A DNA stretch of 63,913 bases, counting the filler, from Stramenopiles sp. TOSAG23-2 (taxonomy: Eukaryota): assembly GCA_900128395.1 (NCBI GenBank). It is 3 parts of 3 records of this genome, joined end to end, with 100 filler letters (N's around TTAATTAATTAA, not from the genome) between each part and the next. Parts side by side here need not be neighbours in the genome. Positions count along the whole stretch, not along the records: positions 1 to 22,899 come from LT649499.1; 2 more parts are not named here. The stretch is one strand, 5' to 3'. The notes below the pieces were generated by a model that was not told the origin of the DNA, did not search any database, and saw nothing but the letters and a program-made list of their open reading frames with translations. This document shows, piece by piece, positions 1 through 9,677 of the stretch. Each line of letters starts with the position of its first letter. Position 1 is the stretch's first letter. Position numbers and translations under genes: made by a program.

Positions 1-692
1 CATATAGCACATTTCGGTATTTTATACTTGTTACAATATGAAAAATCGATTTTTTCAATGTCCCTTTTTTTTTGTCCATAACACAGCATGGTTTATTTTT
101 ATTTTATAGTTGCTAAAATATGAAAAAAAAATCTATCAAATGTCCCCTCATGTAATAGCATTACGATGATTTTATTGTACTTGTTACAATATTATTTTTT
201 GTATTTTATTGTAGTATCAAAAAGAAATAAACAATTGCAGGTGGATACCATTGCTAACATAGAGTTACCATTAAATTAAACGACTTTTACGATGAAATAG
301 CATTATTATTGTAATTACCTGCTAAAATATGATAACATGACAATATCAGTACCAACAAATAGAGTATTAAAACATCATCATTTCGATTCCGAAGAACAAA
401 AGCTAGTTTTTTTTCGGTATTTTACCTTAAATATATTTTAATTTTTGTTGCCGTCAGAATTTCGAAACAAAATATTTTGCCTTTCTCCTCGGATTTTATG
501 TCGATAAAGCCATATTGATAGGTACTTTTATTTAACTCTACCAATTGCATACTCCAGAATATTTTGTGAAAATTCTCTGTTTCTGTCCTTAAATTAATTT
601 CTGGACAGGGGTTCCAGCCTCATCGGGCCTTTCAGGTAAATAAAATAAATAATAATAATTACAAAACATCAATAACAATCAGAAATGTCCAA

Positions 693-1805
693 ATGGAAAA
701 AGTTTGGAAAGAAGTGAAAAAGAGAAAAATGGCAAGTTTAACAACATCAAATGTTGCAACGACGCATTTACAAGTAAAGGAGAAGATAGAGGAAAACAAT
801 AATAGAACTTCAACGACCGGTGGTGCAATACGATCCACAGAACTTAGTAAACGATGGAAAGAAATAAATTGGCAAGATGTGTTTGAAGGTAAAATAACTT
901 GTAACCGTCTATTTGTTCGTTCTGCTATTATACGTAAAGACTTGTTACCACAATATGCATGTATTCATCAACTTCCTAGTACATGTGTCCAATCAATTGA
1001 TGAAATTGTTAAATTTATAAGTGAGATTAGTAGCCTTGATGATGGTAACAATAATAATAATGAAAATACCACTACAAAAAACAATAATTATTATTGTGGA
1101 TATGTATTAAAACCAACAGATTCTAGTAATGCATTTGGTGTATTATTTTTCAATGACCCAATGAATGATAAACGCGTATTAGAAGCTATAGAAGAGCACG
1201 GGAGAATGATTTTACAACCATATCCACGTCCATTTCTGTATCAAAATAAATATAAATTCCATTTAAGAATGATGATGTTATTAGTAGGTGATTTAGATGT
1301 ATATGTACACAAAAAACCGCGAATGTTAATAGCAACAAAAGAGTGGAATTACGAAGATAGAAATTGGGATAATAATTTCATACATATTACAAATCAAAGT
1401 ATAAATGTTAAATGTAATGAATATGATCTTTCAAAGCAAAATATAAAGTTTCATGGACCACAAAGTGGATTCTCGTTGGAATTTAAGAATATGATATTTA
1501 CACAAATGAAAGATATCATCAAGAAATTATTTAAAGACTTGGGAAATAAAGATAATAATGTTAAAAAAAGTGAATTTTTACCTTTGCGTACAAGTTACGA
1601 ATTATATGGAGTAGACTTTTTAGTGAATCAAAAGCATGAAGTAATTTTATTAGAAATAAATCCAGAGCCATCCATGAAAGTATTCAATATGAAAGAACAA
1701 GATCAAATGGTTGGAGCAGATCCATTTCAACGGGTACCATCCACATTTGTTAAAGTATATTCAAAAGAAATGTTAAATGCATTAAATATGTTGAGAGGAA
1801 GATGA
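693..1805 (+). CDS. Tubulin-tyrosine ligase family (TTL/TTLL) ATP-grasp protein
   Basis: TTL motifs YVLKPTDSSNAFG, ILQPY..PFLY...KFHLR, HITNQS, YELYGVDFLV...VILLEINPEP. The start may extend upstream via a possible small intron near 636-682. Confidence 0.85.
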   Translation: MEKVWKEVKKRKMASLTTSNVATTHLQVKEKIEENNNRTSTTGGAIRSTELSKRWKEINWQDVFEGKITCNRLFVRSAIIRKDLLPQYACIHQLPSTCVQSIDEIVKFISEISSLDDGNNNNNENTTTKNNNYYCGYVLKPTDSSNAFGVLFFNDPMNDKRVLEAIEEHGRMILQPYPRPFLYQNKYKFHLRMMMLLVGDLDVYVHKKPRMLIATKEWNYEDRNWDNNFIHITNQSINVKCNEYDLSKQNIKFHGPQSGFSLEFKNMIFTQMKDIIKKLFKDLGNKDNNVKKSEFLPLRTSYELYGVDFLVNQKHEVILLEINPEPSMKVFNMKEQDQMVGADPFQRVPSTFVKVYSKEMLNALNMLRGR

Positions 1806-2371
1806 TATATTGTAATAAAATATGACAAGTGCACAATAGAGGAGGTATGATATAGATTTAGAAGATGTTTTTTGGTATGATATACAAAAGACTTATGAGA
1901 GAAGCGTAAAAACATATATGATAATGTGTGTGTGAAAATCTGTCGCTCTACGTAGAGAATTAATTATATATATATTATATAAAATATAATATATTCTATT
2001 TAATTTTTTATGTGATTACAATATTAACAAAACACATCTCAATCTCTCTCTCTCTACTGTCCTGTGTCTTGTTATTATTCTTTCCCAATTCCTCTTGTGT
2101 GATTTAAAAATATAAAAATTAGAAAAGGAAAATTTTTGTGCATTTCTTGATTGTAAAATTACAACGCGCAACTTCTATTTAAAAATGTATGTGTGCAAAA
2201 ATGTGTTTTTGTTTTTATACCGAAAAAGCTTCTTTATTTATCAAAATATGTTTTTCTTTTCTGCCTTACACAATTTACATTGTCAAAAATAAGACAAGTA
2301 AAAAAGAAAACGATATTGTTTGAAGAAACGAATGTATACATCAATGTAAATATAAAAACATTTTGTGTTTA

Positions 2372-2893
2372 TTAATCATCTAATAAAGAGGCGTTATTTA
2401 CCTCATAAAAACTCAAAGAGGAGTTTGAGCTACTAAATGATGTTGTACCTTGATTATTATATACCATTGATGACCAACTCCATTTACATTCCCCTGAACA
2501 AAAAGTATCTTCGGATTCGTTGATAAACTGGGAATTACAATGTAAGCAACGTTTTGGTTTCAAAGATCCGACTTTAGCTTTGTCACTATATGTGCCATCA
2601 TATGACTTTGATTTCTTAATTGGTTCTCGGAGTTTCGTCAATCTTCCTCCTTTCTTTTTCTTACCGTTGTTGTGGTTTACAAAATAATCTTCCTTTACAT
2701 ATATACTGCCAGTGGCAGACTTCAAATCATTTGGTACACTTCGTGTACGATTTTTTAGCATATCATTTACTTTCATCTCTTCCGTGATTTCGTCACGATT
2801 AATGGATTCAAATCCTTGCTGAAGAAGAGATGGTGGTGTTATGCTATTTGAAGGTGTTAATGAAGGGTCTTCTGTCGTAGAGGAGGAAGTCAT
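2372..2893 (-). CDS. Hypothetical 173-aa protein with an FCS-type zinc finger (CxxC-x11-FCSxEC)
   Basis: ATG-started ORF; motif RCLHCNSQFINESEDTFCSGECK near the C-terminus. Confidence 0.65.
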   Translation of the reverse strand: MTSSSTTEDPSLTPSNSITPPSLLQQGFESINRDEITEEMKVNDMLKNRTRSVPNDLKSATGSIYVKEDYFVNHNNGKKKKGGRLTKLREPIKKSKSYDGTYSDKAKVGSLKPKRCLHCNSQFINESEDTFCSGECKWSWSSMVYNNQGTTSFSSSNSSLSFYEVNNASLLDD

Positions 2894-3926
2894 GGTGATG
2901 ATGATAATGTGATATTGGTTCGAAAGATATTATTATATATATATTATGTAGAAATCTTTCTTTGTTTTACAAAAATGTTATGTGTATGTATATGTGGCGT
3001 GAATCTAACTTATATTTTAACAATCAATATGTATATTCAATACCATCTATATAATATATATGGATCCTAATCAACTTTTGTAGTAAAGCTATGCATGCAA
3101 TATATATATCTATGACACACCGGATCTTGATATAGCTAACATGGACATAGTATTACATTCATTGTCGAACTAAAAAAGTGAGAAATTTAGTTGTTTCAAC
3201 ATTTATAAGTTAAACGCAATGGTATTTACATATTAATCTAACATTGTAAAATCTCCTCTCTTTTCGTAAGTTCAGCCAATGCCTTCAGCTTACACGTGCT
3301 TTATTTTTTTTTAAACAACATGAAATAGCATTGTGAAATTAAACAATTTGAGGAAGATGACGTCAGGATACCAGAGTATTTTAGATAGACGAATTCGATA
3401 CGGTGATTCTGTAGCGTATGGGAGTTGGATCTTGCCCTGATTGGATGGGATTAAGTGTTGATCATAATTTAGTTAATATATTAATATCATTGATTGAATT
3501 TATATTTGCACATTTCAGATATTATATATTGACAAAATATATGACAGGGGACAAAATAGCACGTTGTCTAACACCGCCATTAACATACAATACAATCCGG
3601 ATTATCAGGATTTGTTTATTTAATAAGGACACAACATGGTTATATGAACACAGCATTGAGCTGCTGTAAAGTGGACGTTGGTATTTTGGAAGCAATTATT
3701 TTGAGTGACCTAGAAATGATCAGCGCATCACCACACACCGCACACCGCACACACCTTTACAAACATATACATACACATACAGTATATAGTTATAGAGCCA
3801 TACACAAATATACACATATAGACAAACGATTATTGAATTTTACTATTATAATTATCTATAGTATCATTTAAATTATTACGTAAATTTATCTACATATACA
3901 AAAAAAAACTACAAATTTATATAATC

Positions 3927-5489
3927 ATGGCACATTTTGCATTTAATAATAAGGTTACATTAACTGTTGATAGTAATAATACAAATATGGATATTACTAT
4001 GCAAGTTGCATCGCCTAGGAAACGGAAAGCAAAAGAGACGTTTGTTATGGATATCAATAAAACTATTGCCAAACGACACAGTCCATGGAATCATAAACAG
4101 CAACAAGCTATTTCAGAACGTAAATTGTCATTAAGATCTGCTTCAAAATTTCGTCCTATACAACAAGCACAACAACAAGAATTACGAATGATGACAAAAA
4201 AGGAAGATCAAAATGTTAACAATTGCAATATTACGACGACGGCAGCAGTAACAACAACAGCAACAACAACAATGAAAACGAAAATGAGGGTTACAGGGAA
4301 ACAAAGCAATAAGAAAACTACAAACATTAATGTACCAGAAGGTGTTGCAAGCAAAGAAGATGTTGTTACGGTATTAACAAGCAATGTGATTAAACCATCG
4401 AAACATCCAATGAAAGAATTAAATTCTACCTTAACACTTTTAAATAGTACAAAATGGTCAGAAACATTTTATGCTATTGAATCGGTTCGACGCCTTGCAA
4501 TTTTTAATAAGGAATTATTAATGCCACATTTAGAACTTGTTATAAATGTTACATTACGAAATTGTATGAATTTACGTTCTGCAATTGCAAAAAATTCGTT
4601 GTATGCTTTAAATGATTTATTTAAAAGTATGAAAGAATCCATTTTATTTCAAAATTTTGACAATAGCAAAAGTAGTAATAATAATAATATTATTCTTCAT
4701 CACCATAGCAACAATAACAACGCTTTTATTAAGAACAACAACGACAACAGTAGCGGTAGAAATAGCAGTAGTAATAATAGTAGTCAAAGTAGCAACGACG
4801 TTAATAAAAATACGCATTCTCCAACCTTGTTGATTAATTCCATTGTTTCAACATTAATTAATAGGACTGTAGCTGATAAAAAATTTCTCCGCGACAATTC
4901 AAATAAAGCACTTTTTACATTAATATCATATGTTCCATGTGAAGAAACATTAAATGCATTGTTGCAATGTGCAAATCATAAACGCTCAAGTGCACGTGGA
5001 CGCGTGGCTATTTTTGTAGAAAAGTGTTTAAATCAAATGGGAAAAGAAAAGATTCAAAAAACGTTTTTAAAAAGTACAAATGATGCTACAACGACCAATG
5101 GGTTAAATCATATGATGACATTGAATGATATAGTTAAAGGATTAATTAAATTATACAATGGTCACGTACAAGATTCACGTATAGGTGCAACTGGTGCATT
5201 GAAACATATTTTTGCTGCTGTTGGAGCAACAAAATTCCAATTTCTCTTAAATCAAATGGTGCATCCAACTGAAAGCAAACGCATTTTCTCTTCTATACAA
5301 CGATTAATTTCAAAGAATGCAAATAGTAGAAAAGGTTCATTGAATCAACGTAATGGTGCCATGTCATTGAAGGAAAAAATAAGACAAAGAAAGAAAATGA
5401 TGATGATGGCTAAAAATTCAAATAACAGCAACAGTAATAATCAATTTGGATGCGTTGTTACGAAACCATCATCAAAACCATCTATATAA
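3927..5489 (+). CDS. TOG/CLASP_N (HEAT-repeat) microtubule-associated protein, FAM179/crescerin-like
   Basis: LNSTKWSETFYAIESVRRLA, NLRSAIAKNSLYALNDLF, DKKFLRD, NHKRSSARG, DSRIGA match TOG-domain HEAT repeats; Asn-rich insert. Confidence 0.75.
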   Translation: MAHFAFNNKVTLTVDSNNTNMDITMQVASPRKRKAKETFVMDINKTIAKRHSPWNHKQQQAISERKLSLRSASKFRPIQQAQQQELRMMTKKEDQNVNNCNITTTAAVTTTATTTMKTKMRVTGKQSNKKTTNINVPEGVASKEDVVTVLTSNVIKPSKHPMKELNSTLTLLNSTKWSETFYAIESVRRLAIFNKELLMPHLELVINVTLRNCMNLRSAIAKNSLYALNDLFKSMKESILFQNFDNSKSSNNNNIILHHHSNNNNAFIKNNNDNSSGRNSSSNNSSQSSNDVNKNTHSPTLLINSIVSTLINRTVADKKFLRDNSNKALFTLISYVPCEETLNALLQCANHKRSSARGRVAIFVEKCLNQMGKEKIQKTFLKSTNDATTTNGLNHMMTLNDIVKGLIKLYNGHVQDSRIGATGALKHIFAAVGATKFQFLLNQMVHPTESKRIFSSIQRLISKNANSRKGSLNQRNGAMSLKEKIRQRKKMMMMAKNSNNSNSNNQFGCVVTKPSSKPSI

Positions 5490-6065
5490 TATATAAAGTA
5501 AAAAGAAAATATTACACACAAATCCACACACGTGCAACAGAAAAAAAGGAGGGAAAGACCCAGAGACTATACGTTTTGTGCGTGTTATGTGTACAATTTT
5601 TGGATCTAGGGAACGAGCAGAGGAAGTTTTAAAAAATAAAAACATATGATATAAAAAGCCGTAATATGCACTCGTTCGTATGTGCTTAAAATTTTTTTAC
5701 TACTGACGTAGTGACGTAGTATATGTGGCGTATTTTTTACGAAAAAAATAACGGAGACCGGAGACACGTAAATATATAACGTGAACGAAGCGCGTTCGTA
5801 GAACTATTATTAAATATCCTCTTATTAAAGTTTTCTTTTAAAATATGTGTGTGTGTATTATCTTTTATTTTTTATTGATATTCGCGTATATGCGTATATT
5901 CGTACATATATTTTTTTAAAAAAAGCACAAAAAAAGAGATTTTTAAAATACTGACACACACACTAAAATAAAAAATAAATGTATCATACGACTGCTCGTA
6001 AAAATGATTTTACGTCTCTCTAGAATATTTTGTCCAAGTTTCTTCACCCTATCTATATCTAACAT

Positions 6066-7028
6066 TTATCGAAATTGACTAATGGTTGTCTTATTATTAT
6101 TATCTATATTTAAACTTGCTAAATACGCTTCTTGTTCTTTCTTAAATCGTTCAGCTTCTTCCTTGGAATCATTTATTCTTGCTTGTATTTTTTCTCTTTC
6201 CTCACGTGCATATGCAGTTTCTATTATTCGCTCATCCAATTCATTTTTAGGTTGTTGTTCATCGGTAACAAAATGATCATTGTTACCATAATGAATCGGA
6301 TTTTTAATGGGACTATTATAAAATGCTGGATTGTAATATTGACTACTACTATTACCATTATCCTTCTTGTATTTATTATTTATCGGTTTAAATGGACTAT
6401 GAATCACTTTTGGGTATCGTTGTTGTGATGATGATGATTCGTATCCATATACATGTTTTTGATGATTCTTATTTTCATTATTGTAGTTGTGATGATTGTT
6501 AAAATTACGATCAGTAGTAAATTGGGAACGACTCGTTTTTTGCGGCTCCTTTTCATTGACTACATTTAAATTACTCAAGTCAACACCTGGTACATTGTTT
6601 GAATCATTTGATTTTGTTTTCTTACTACCACCATATGAATCAATACTATTTCTTTTAATGATACGATTACGAAATAACTTTGCACGTAACTTATCTGCAT
6701 CAAATTTAGTAAAAACGATATCTGGTTGAGGTTCTAAACCAGCAAATGTCTCCCAACCAGTTTGTGGTGGACAACTTAGATCGGATTTTACGCCATAAAA
6801 TGCAGTTGGTAATTTTCCAATAATCCAACCATTTGCAGTTTTCGAAGTGCCAACATTTTCATAGGTCAAGTAATAACCTTGAGTATTTTGATATGCAGGA
6901 AACCCATGTCTCCATTTTGTTTTTTTACATAACCGGTATACACCATCCACTTGTGTTTCACCAGCACCATAGACATATACACGTTTGTATACCGGCGCGG
7001 CATAATTTGTCGAATTACATGCACCCAT
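6066..7028 (-). CDS. Hypothetical protein, probable N-myristoylated (MGACNS), with an N-terminal GAG..VxGxY/PPxxGW globular domain and C-terminal coiled coil
   Basis: The MGACNS start at 7028 follows AT-rich UTR-like sequence, so the ORF-track start at 7178 is unlikely. Motif VYGAGETQVDGVY...GWII...PPQTGWETFAGLEPQP. Confidence 0.6.
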   Translation of the reverse strand: MGACNSTNYAAPVYKRVYVYGAGETQVDGVYRLCKKTKWRHGFPAYQNTQGYYLTYENVGTSKTANGWIIGKLPTAFYGVKSDLSCPPQTGWETFAGLEPQPDIVFTKFDADKLRAKLFRNRIIKRNSIDSYGGSKKTKSNDSNNVPGVDLSNLNVVNEKEPQKTSRSQFTTDRNFNNHHNYNNENKNHQKHVYGYESSSSQQRYPKVIHSPFKPINNKYKKDNGNSSSQYYNPAFYNSPIKNPIHYGNNDHFVTDEQQPKNELDERIIETAYAREEREKIQARINDSKEEAERFKKEQEAYLASLNIDNNNKTTISQFR

Positions 7029-7740
7029 GTTTTGTAGTTTTGTTTGTAAATATATGTATAGTAGCGCTATACCAGTATACATCATAAATATGTGTATTTT
7101 ATATTTATTATTTTTGAAAAGAAAGTTATTAAGTATATGTGCATGCAAGTACAGCTTCATTTGAAACACTACATGCATGTAACTATGGTAAGCCAGTAAG
7201 CTGGTAAAATAATACTTTTTGCAGTTGCCTTGTATACAAAGCTTGTGAGATTTTTTTCAACGTTCCTTATTACCTGGTAACATAGGAATAGCATTATAAA
7301 TAAAGTTGAAGGGCAGGGTTCATGCGGACCCAAATTGGATCAAAATATGCCGATTATTTATATTTTAAACATGAAAATATCCGATTTTGTTTTTAAAGTA
7401 CAAATTCATAGTTATTTATTAAAAAAAAAATGAAATCACAAAATCCTTTTTTTGAAATTCATTTTTTGGGACCAACTGAGGTTTTGTAATTGTGTGTACC
7501 TGATAGCTTTAATTTTCGTGGCTCGTGCCTTTTTTCTTTGTGTTTTTGCAGATGCAGATCGTTAGCATTCGTTTTACAATATTATATACAAATTTACACT
7601 CACATCATATTATACACATACATCAAGACACAGTAATCAAATACTTATAACAAAGAATTCGCATGTAGGGAAAATTTAAGAAATATCAAGATATACCTTC
7701 ATTTATATGATATATAAAAAATCAAATCTAAAAAAAAAAA

Positions 7741-8212
7741 ATGATGAAGAGAACAATAAACAATATCATGTTATTATTATTAGTATCAATATATATGATA
7801 TATATTGGCATAGTAGCCGCGTTTATCGATAACTGTCATGAACATTGCATTCATTGCGCAGCAAATGATGGTACTACATGTAAATTATGTCGGCATAATT
7901 TATATTTATACAACGGTACGTGTGTTGAAGCATGCCCAAATGAATACAAAGAAACAGTACAAAATGTAATTGGTGATCAAGGGCATTGGGGCAGAGAGTC
8001 AGGATTAGAGTGCCAAAATAAATTAACAACGACAGGAAATGTTTTGGTGGCCATAGGCGAAGATAAATATGGAGGAGTGCCACCGTACCCCGTAACAAAT
8101 GTAATTCAAGTTGCCATTTCAAATAATTGTGTCGCCTCTTTAAGTTCCGATGGCACTGTGAAAGCGTGGGGTAATTATTATTTGTATGGCCAGTCACACT
8201 GCGGTGGCGTAG
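7741..8212 (+). pseudogene. Secreted furin-like Cys-rich + RCC1-like repeat protein, truncated after the first RCC1 repeat
   Basis: Signal peptide; CHEHCIHC..CKLC..LYLYNGTCVEACP (furin-like); GEDKYGG..VIQVAISNNCVASLSSDGTVKAWG (RCC1-like). Similarity stops at about 8212, where the 147-bp duplication starts. Confidence 0.6.
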
Positions 8213-8654
8213 GTGGGGAAAATTTCTTCATAACTTCACCAGAAGACGTCCTTCTTATTGCTTTCAATGTTCTCGGCCGTATCGTCAATAGAGTTTGTTT
8301 CTTTGGACTGATAGGTTGTAGACGATGATACAATTTGCTTTTATTGCGTGTATTATTGAGTGGGGAAAATTTCTTCATAACTTCACCAGAAGACGTCCTT
8401 CTTATTGCTTTCAATGTTCTCGGCCGTATCGTCAATAGAGTTTGTTTCTTTGGACTGATAGGTTGTAGACGATGATACAATTTGCTTTTATTGCGTGTAT
8501 TATTGACTCCATCAATTTTTGCTGGTTTAAAATGAAATGATAAACGTATTGGAATAGAATTCATACCATTCTTCTTCTTAACATCATCATCATGTTGATT
8601 GTCGTTCTTATTATTGTTTTTTGTTAGATACGTCAAATTCCCAGGCAATGACAT
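8178..8654 (-). CDS. Hypothetical low-complexity protein fragment containing an exact 49-aa duplication; 3' end probably lost
   Basis: ATG after AT-rich leader; NNTRNKSKLYHRLQPISPKKQ...KKFSP occurs twice. Confidence 0.4.
   Translation of the reverse strand: MSLPGNLTYLTKNNNKNDNQHDDDVKKKNGMNSIPIRLSFHFKPAKIDGVNNTRNKSKLYHRLQPISPKKQTLLTIRPRTLKAIRRTSSGEVMKKFSPLNNTRNKSKLYHRLQPISPKKQTLLTIRPRTLKAIRRTSSGEVMKKFSPPTPPQCDWPYK
8213..8506. repeat. Perfect 147-bp tandem duplication (8213-8359, 8360-8506)
   Basis: gtggggaaaatttcttcataac...gcgtgtattattga repeated identically. Confidence 0.95.
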
Positions 8655-9120
8655 TTTAGATATTTTATAACAAAAAAACTCTTTTGAATAAACAATTGTT
8701 GTTGTATGAATATGTTGTATAATCTATCTATCTCTTTTGTATAATTATATATTGTGTGTGTACATGTGGTCGTCTGGTTATAACACATATCTATCTGTAT
8801 TTATTAATATCTATACTAATACCAGGCATATTCGTCTATTATTATTTGTAAAGTGCTTTAAAAAAAAAAAAATCATCAGCACAGCTAATGGTATTCCATG
8901 CTAATATGGATTTGATGGACACTTTACGCCGAAGCAAAGGCTACAAAAAAGTACCATCACTCTCTTTCAGCTATTTTTTAACATTGCAAAACTATTAAGG
9001 TATTATTTCACAAAATCGACGCAGACTAATAGGAGAATCCGATACTATTTTATTACTCTAACACATATGATTATGCCTCTAACAAATTAACTTCAAACAA
9101 AAGGTACTAATATCATACAG

Positions 9121-9250
9121 GATATTTTATTTACATTTAGAACCTGAGCCTGATTCAGATTCAGATTCAGATTCAGATTCAGATTCAGATTCAGATTCAG
9201 ATTCAGATTTTGATGCTGATTTGAATGAAGCAATACGAAAATCTATTTAA
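9121..9250 (+). pseudogene. C-terminal gene fragment: (DS)n tract followed by a UIM-like motif
   Basis: Translates IFYLHLEPEP(DS)9DFDADLNEAIRKSI*; no in-frame ATG, and upstream frames are interrupted by stops. Confidence 0.45.
9152..9208. repeat. (GATTCA)9 hexamer repeat
   Basis: Directly visible; encodes Asp-Ser on the + strand. Confidence 0.95.
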
Positions 9251-9295
9251 AAATTTTAATTTTTACTTTTATTTTTTTTACTATCTCTAATCTTA

Positions 9296-9460
9296 TTAAC
9301 AATATTTAATTCTTTCATATAAATTACCTTCATAATTTACTCCTAAACCACAATGGTGACCCATAGATCCTTTGATATTTGCATAAATTTTACCACCTAG
9401 TGAAGTCCATAAATGACAAAAACCATAATCTTCTGATAAATATTGTTTTATTTTTGTATA
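9296..9460 (-). pseudogene. 3' fragment of a GT2-like glycosyltransferase of the type common in giant viruses/phages
   Basis: Manual translation TKIKQYLSEDYGFCHLWTSLGGKIYANIKGSMGHHCGLGVNYEGNLYERIKYC*; matches the YLSEDYxFC..W...GGKI.A......H.G...Y.G C-terminal motif; the N-terminal part is absent. Confidence 0.65.
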
Positions 9461-9677
9461 GATTTTTTTAAACACGAGACACGTTAAAAATTTATGTTGT
9501 GTACATGTATATATATATATGCAATTTCACCTATATTTTTATTATAATTGCTCTTGTGTATGTTCCATACATACATACATATATATATACATCGTATAAA
9601 TCTTTGCAAAACATACCGCTTCTATCGTATTTGCTTTTATTATGATTTTAAAAATTTCCTTTTTACTATTAATATAA

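Noticed and set aside
541-640. Sm-site-like AATTTCTGG followed by a GC-rich patch (possible snRNA)
   Set aside because: No U1/U2/U4/U5/U11/U12 diagnostic sequence upstream; an Rfam scan would be needed.
3340-3700. GC-richer intergenic patch with GAGGAAGA (U3 box C'-like) and short ORFs
   Set aside because: No U3 box A or B and no recognisable protein motif.
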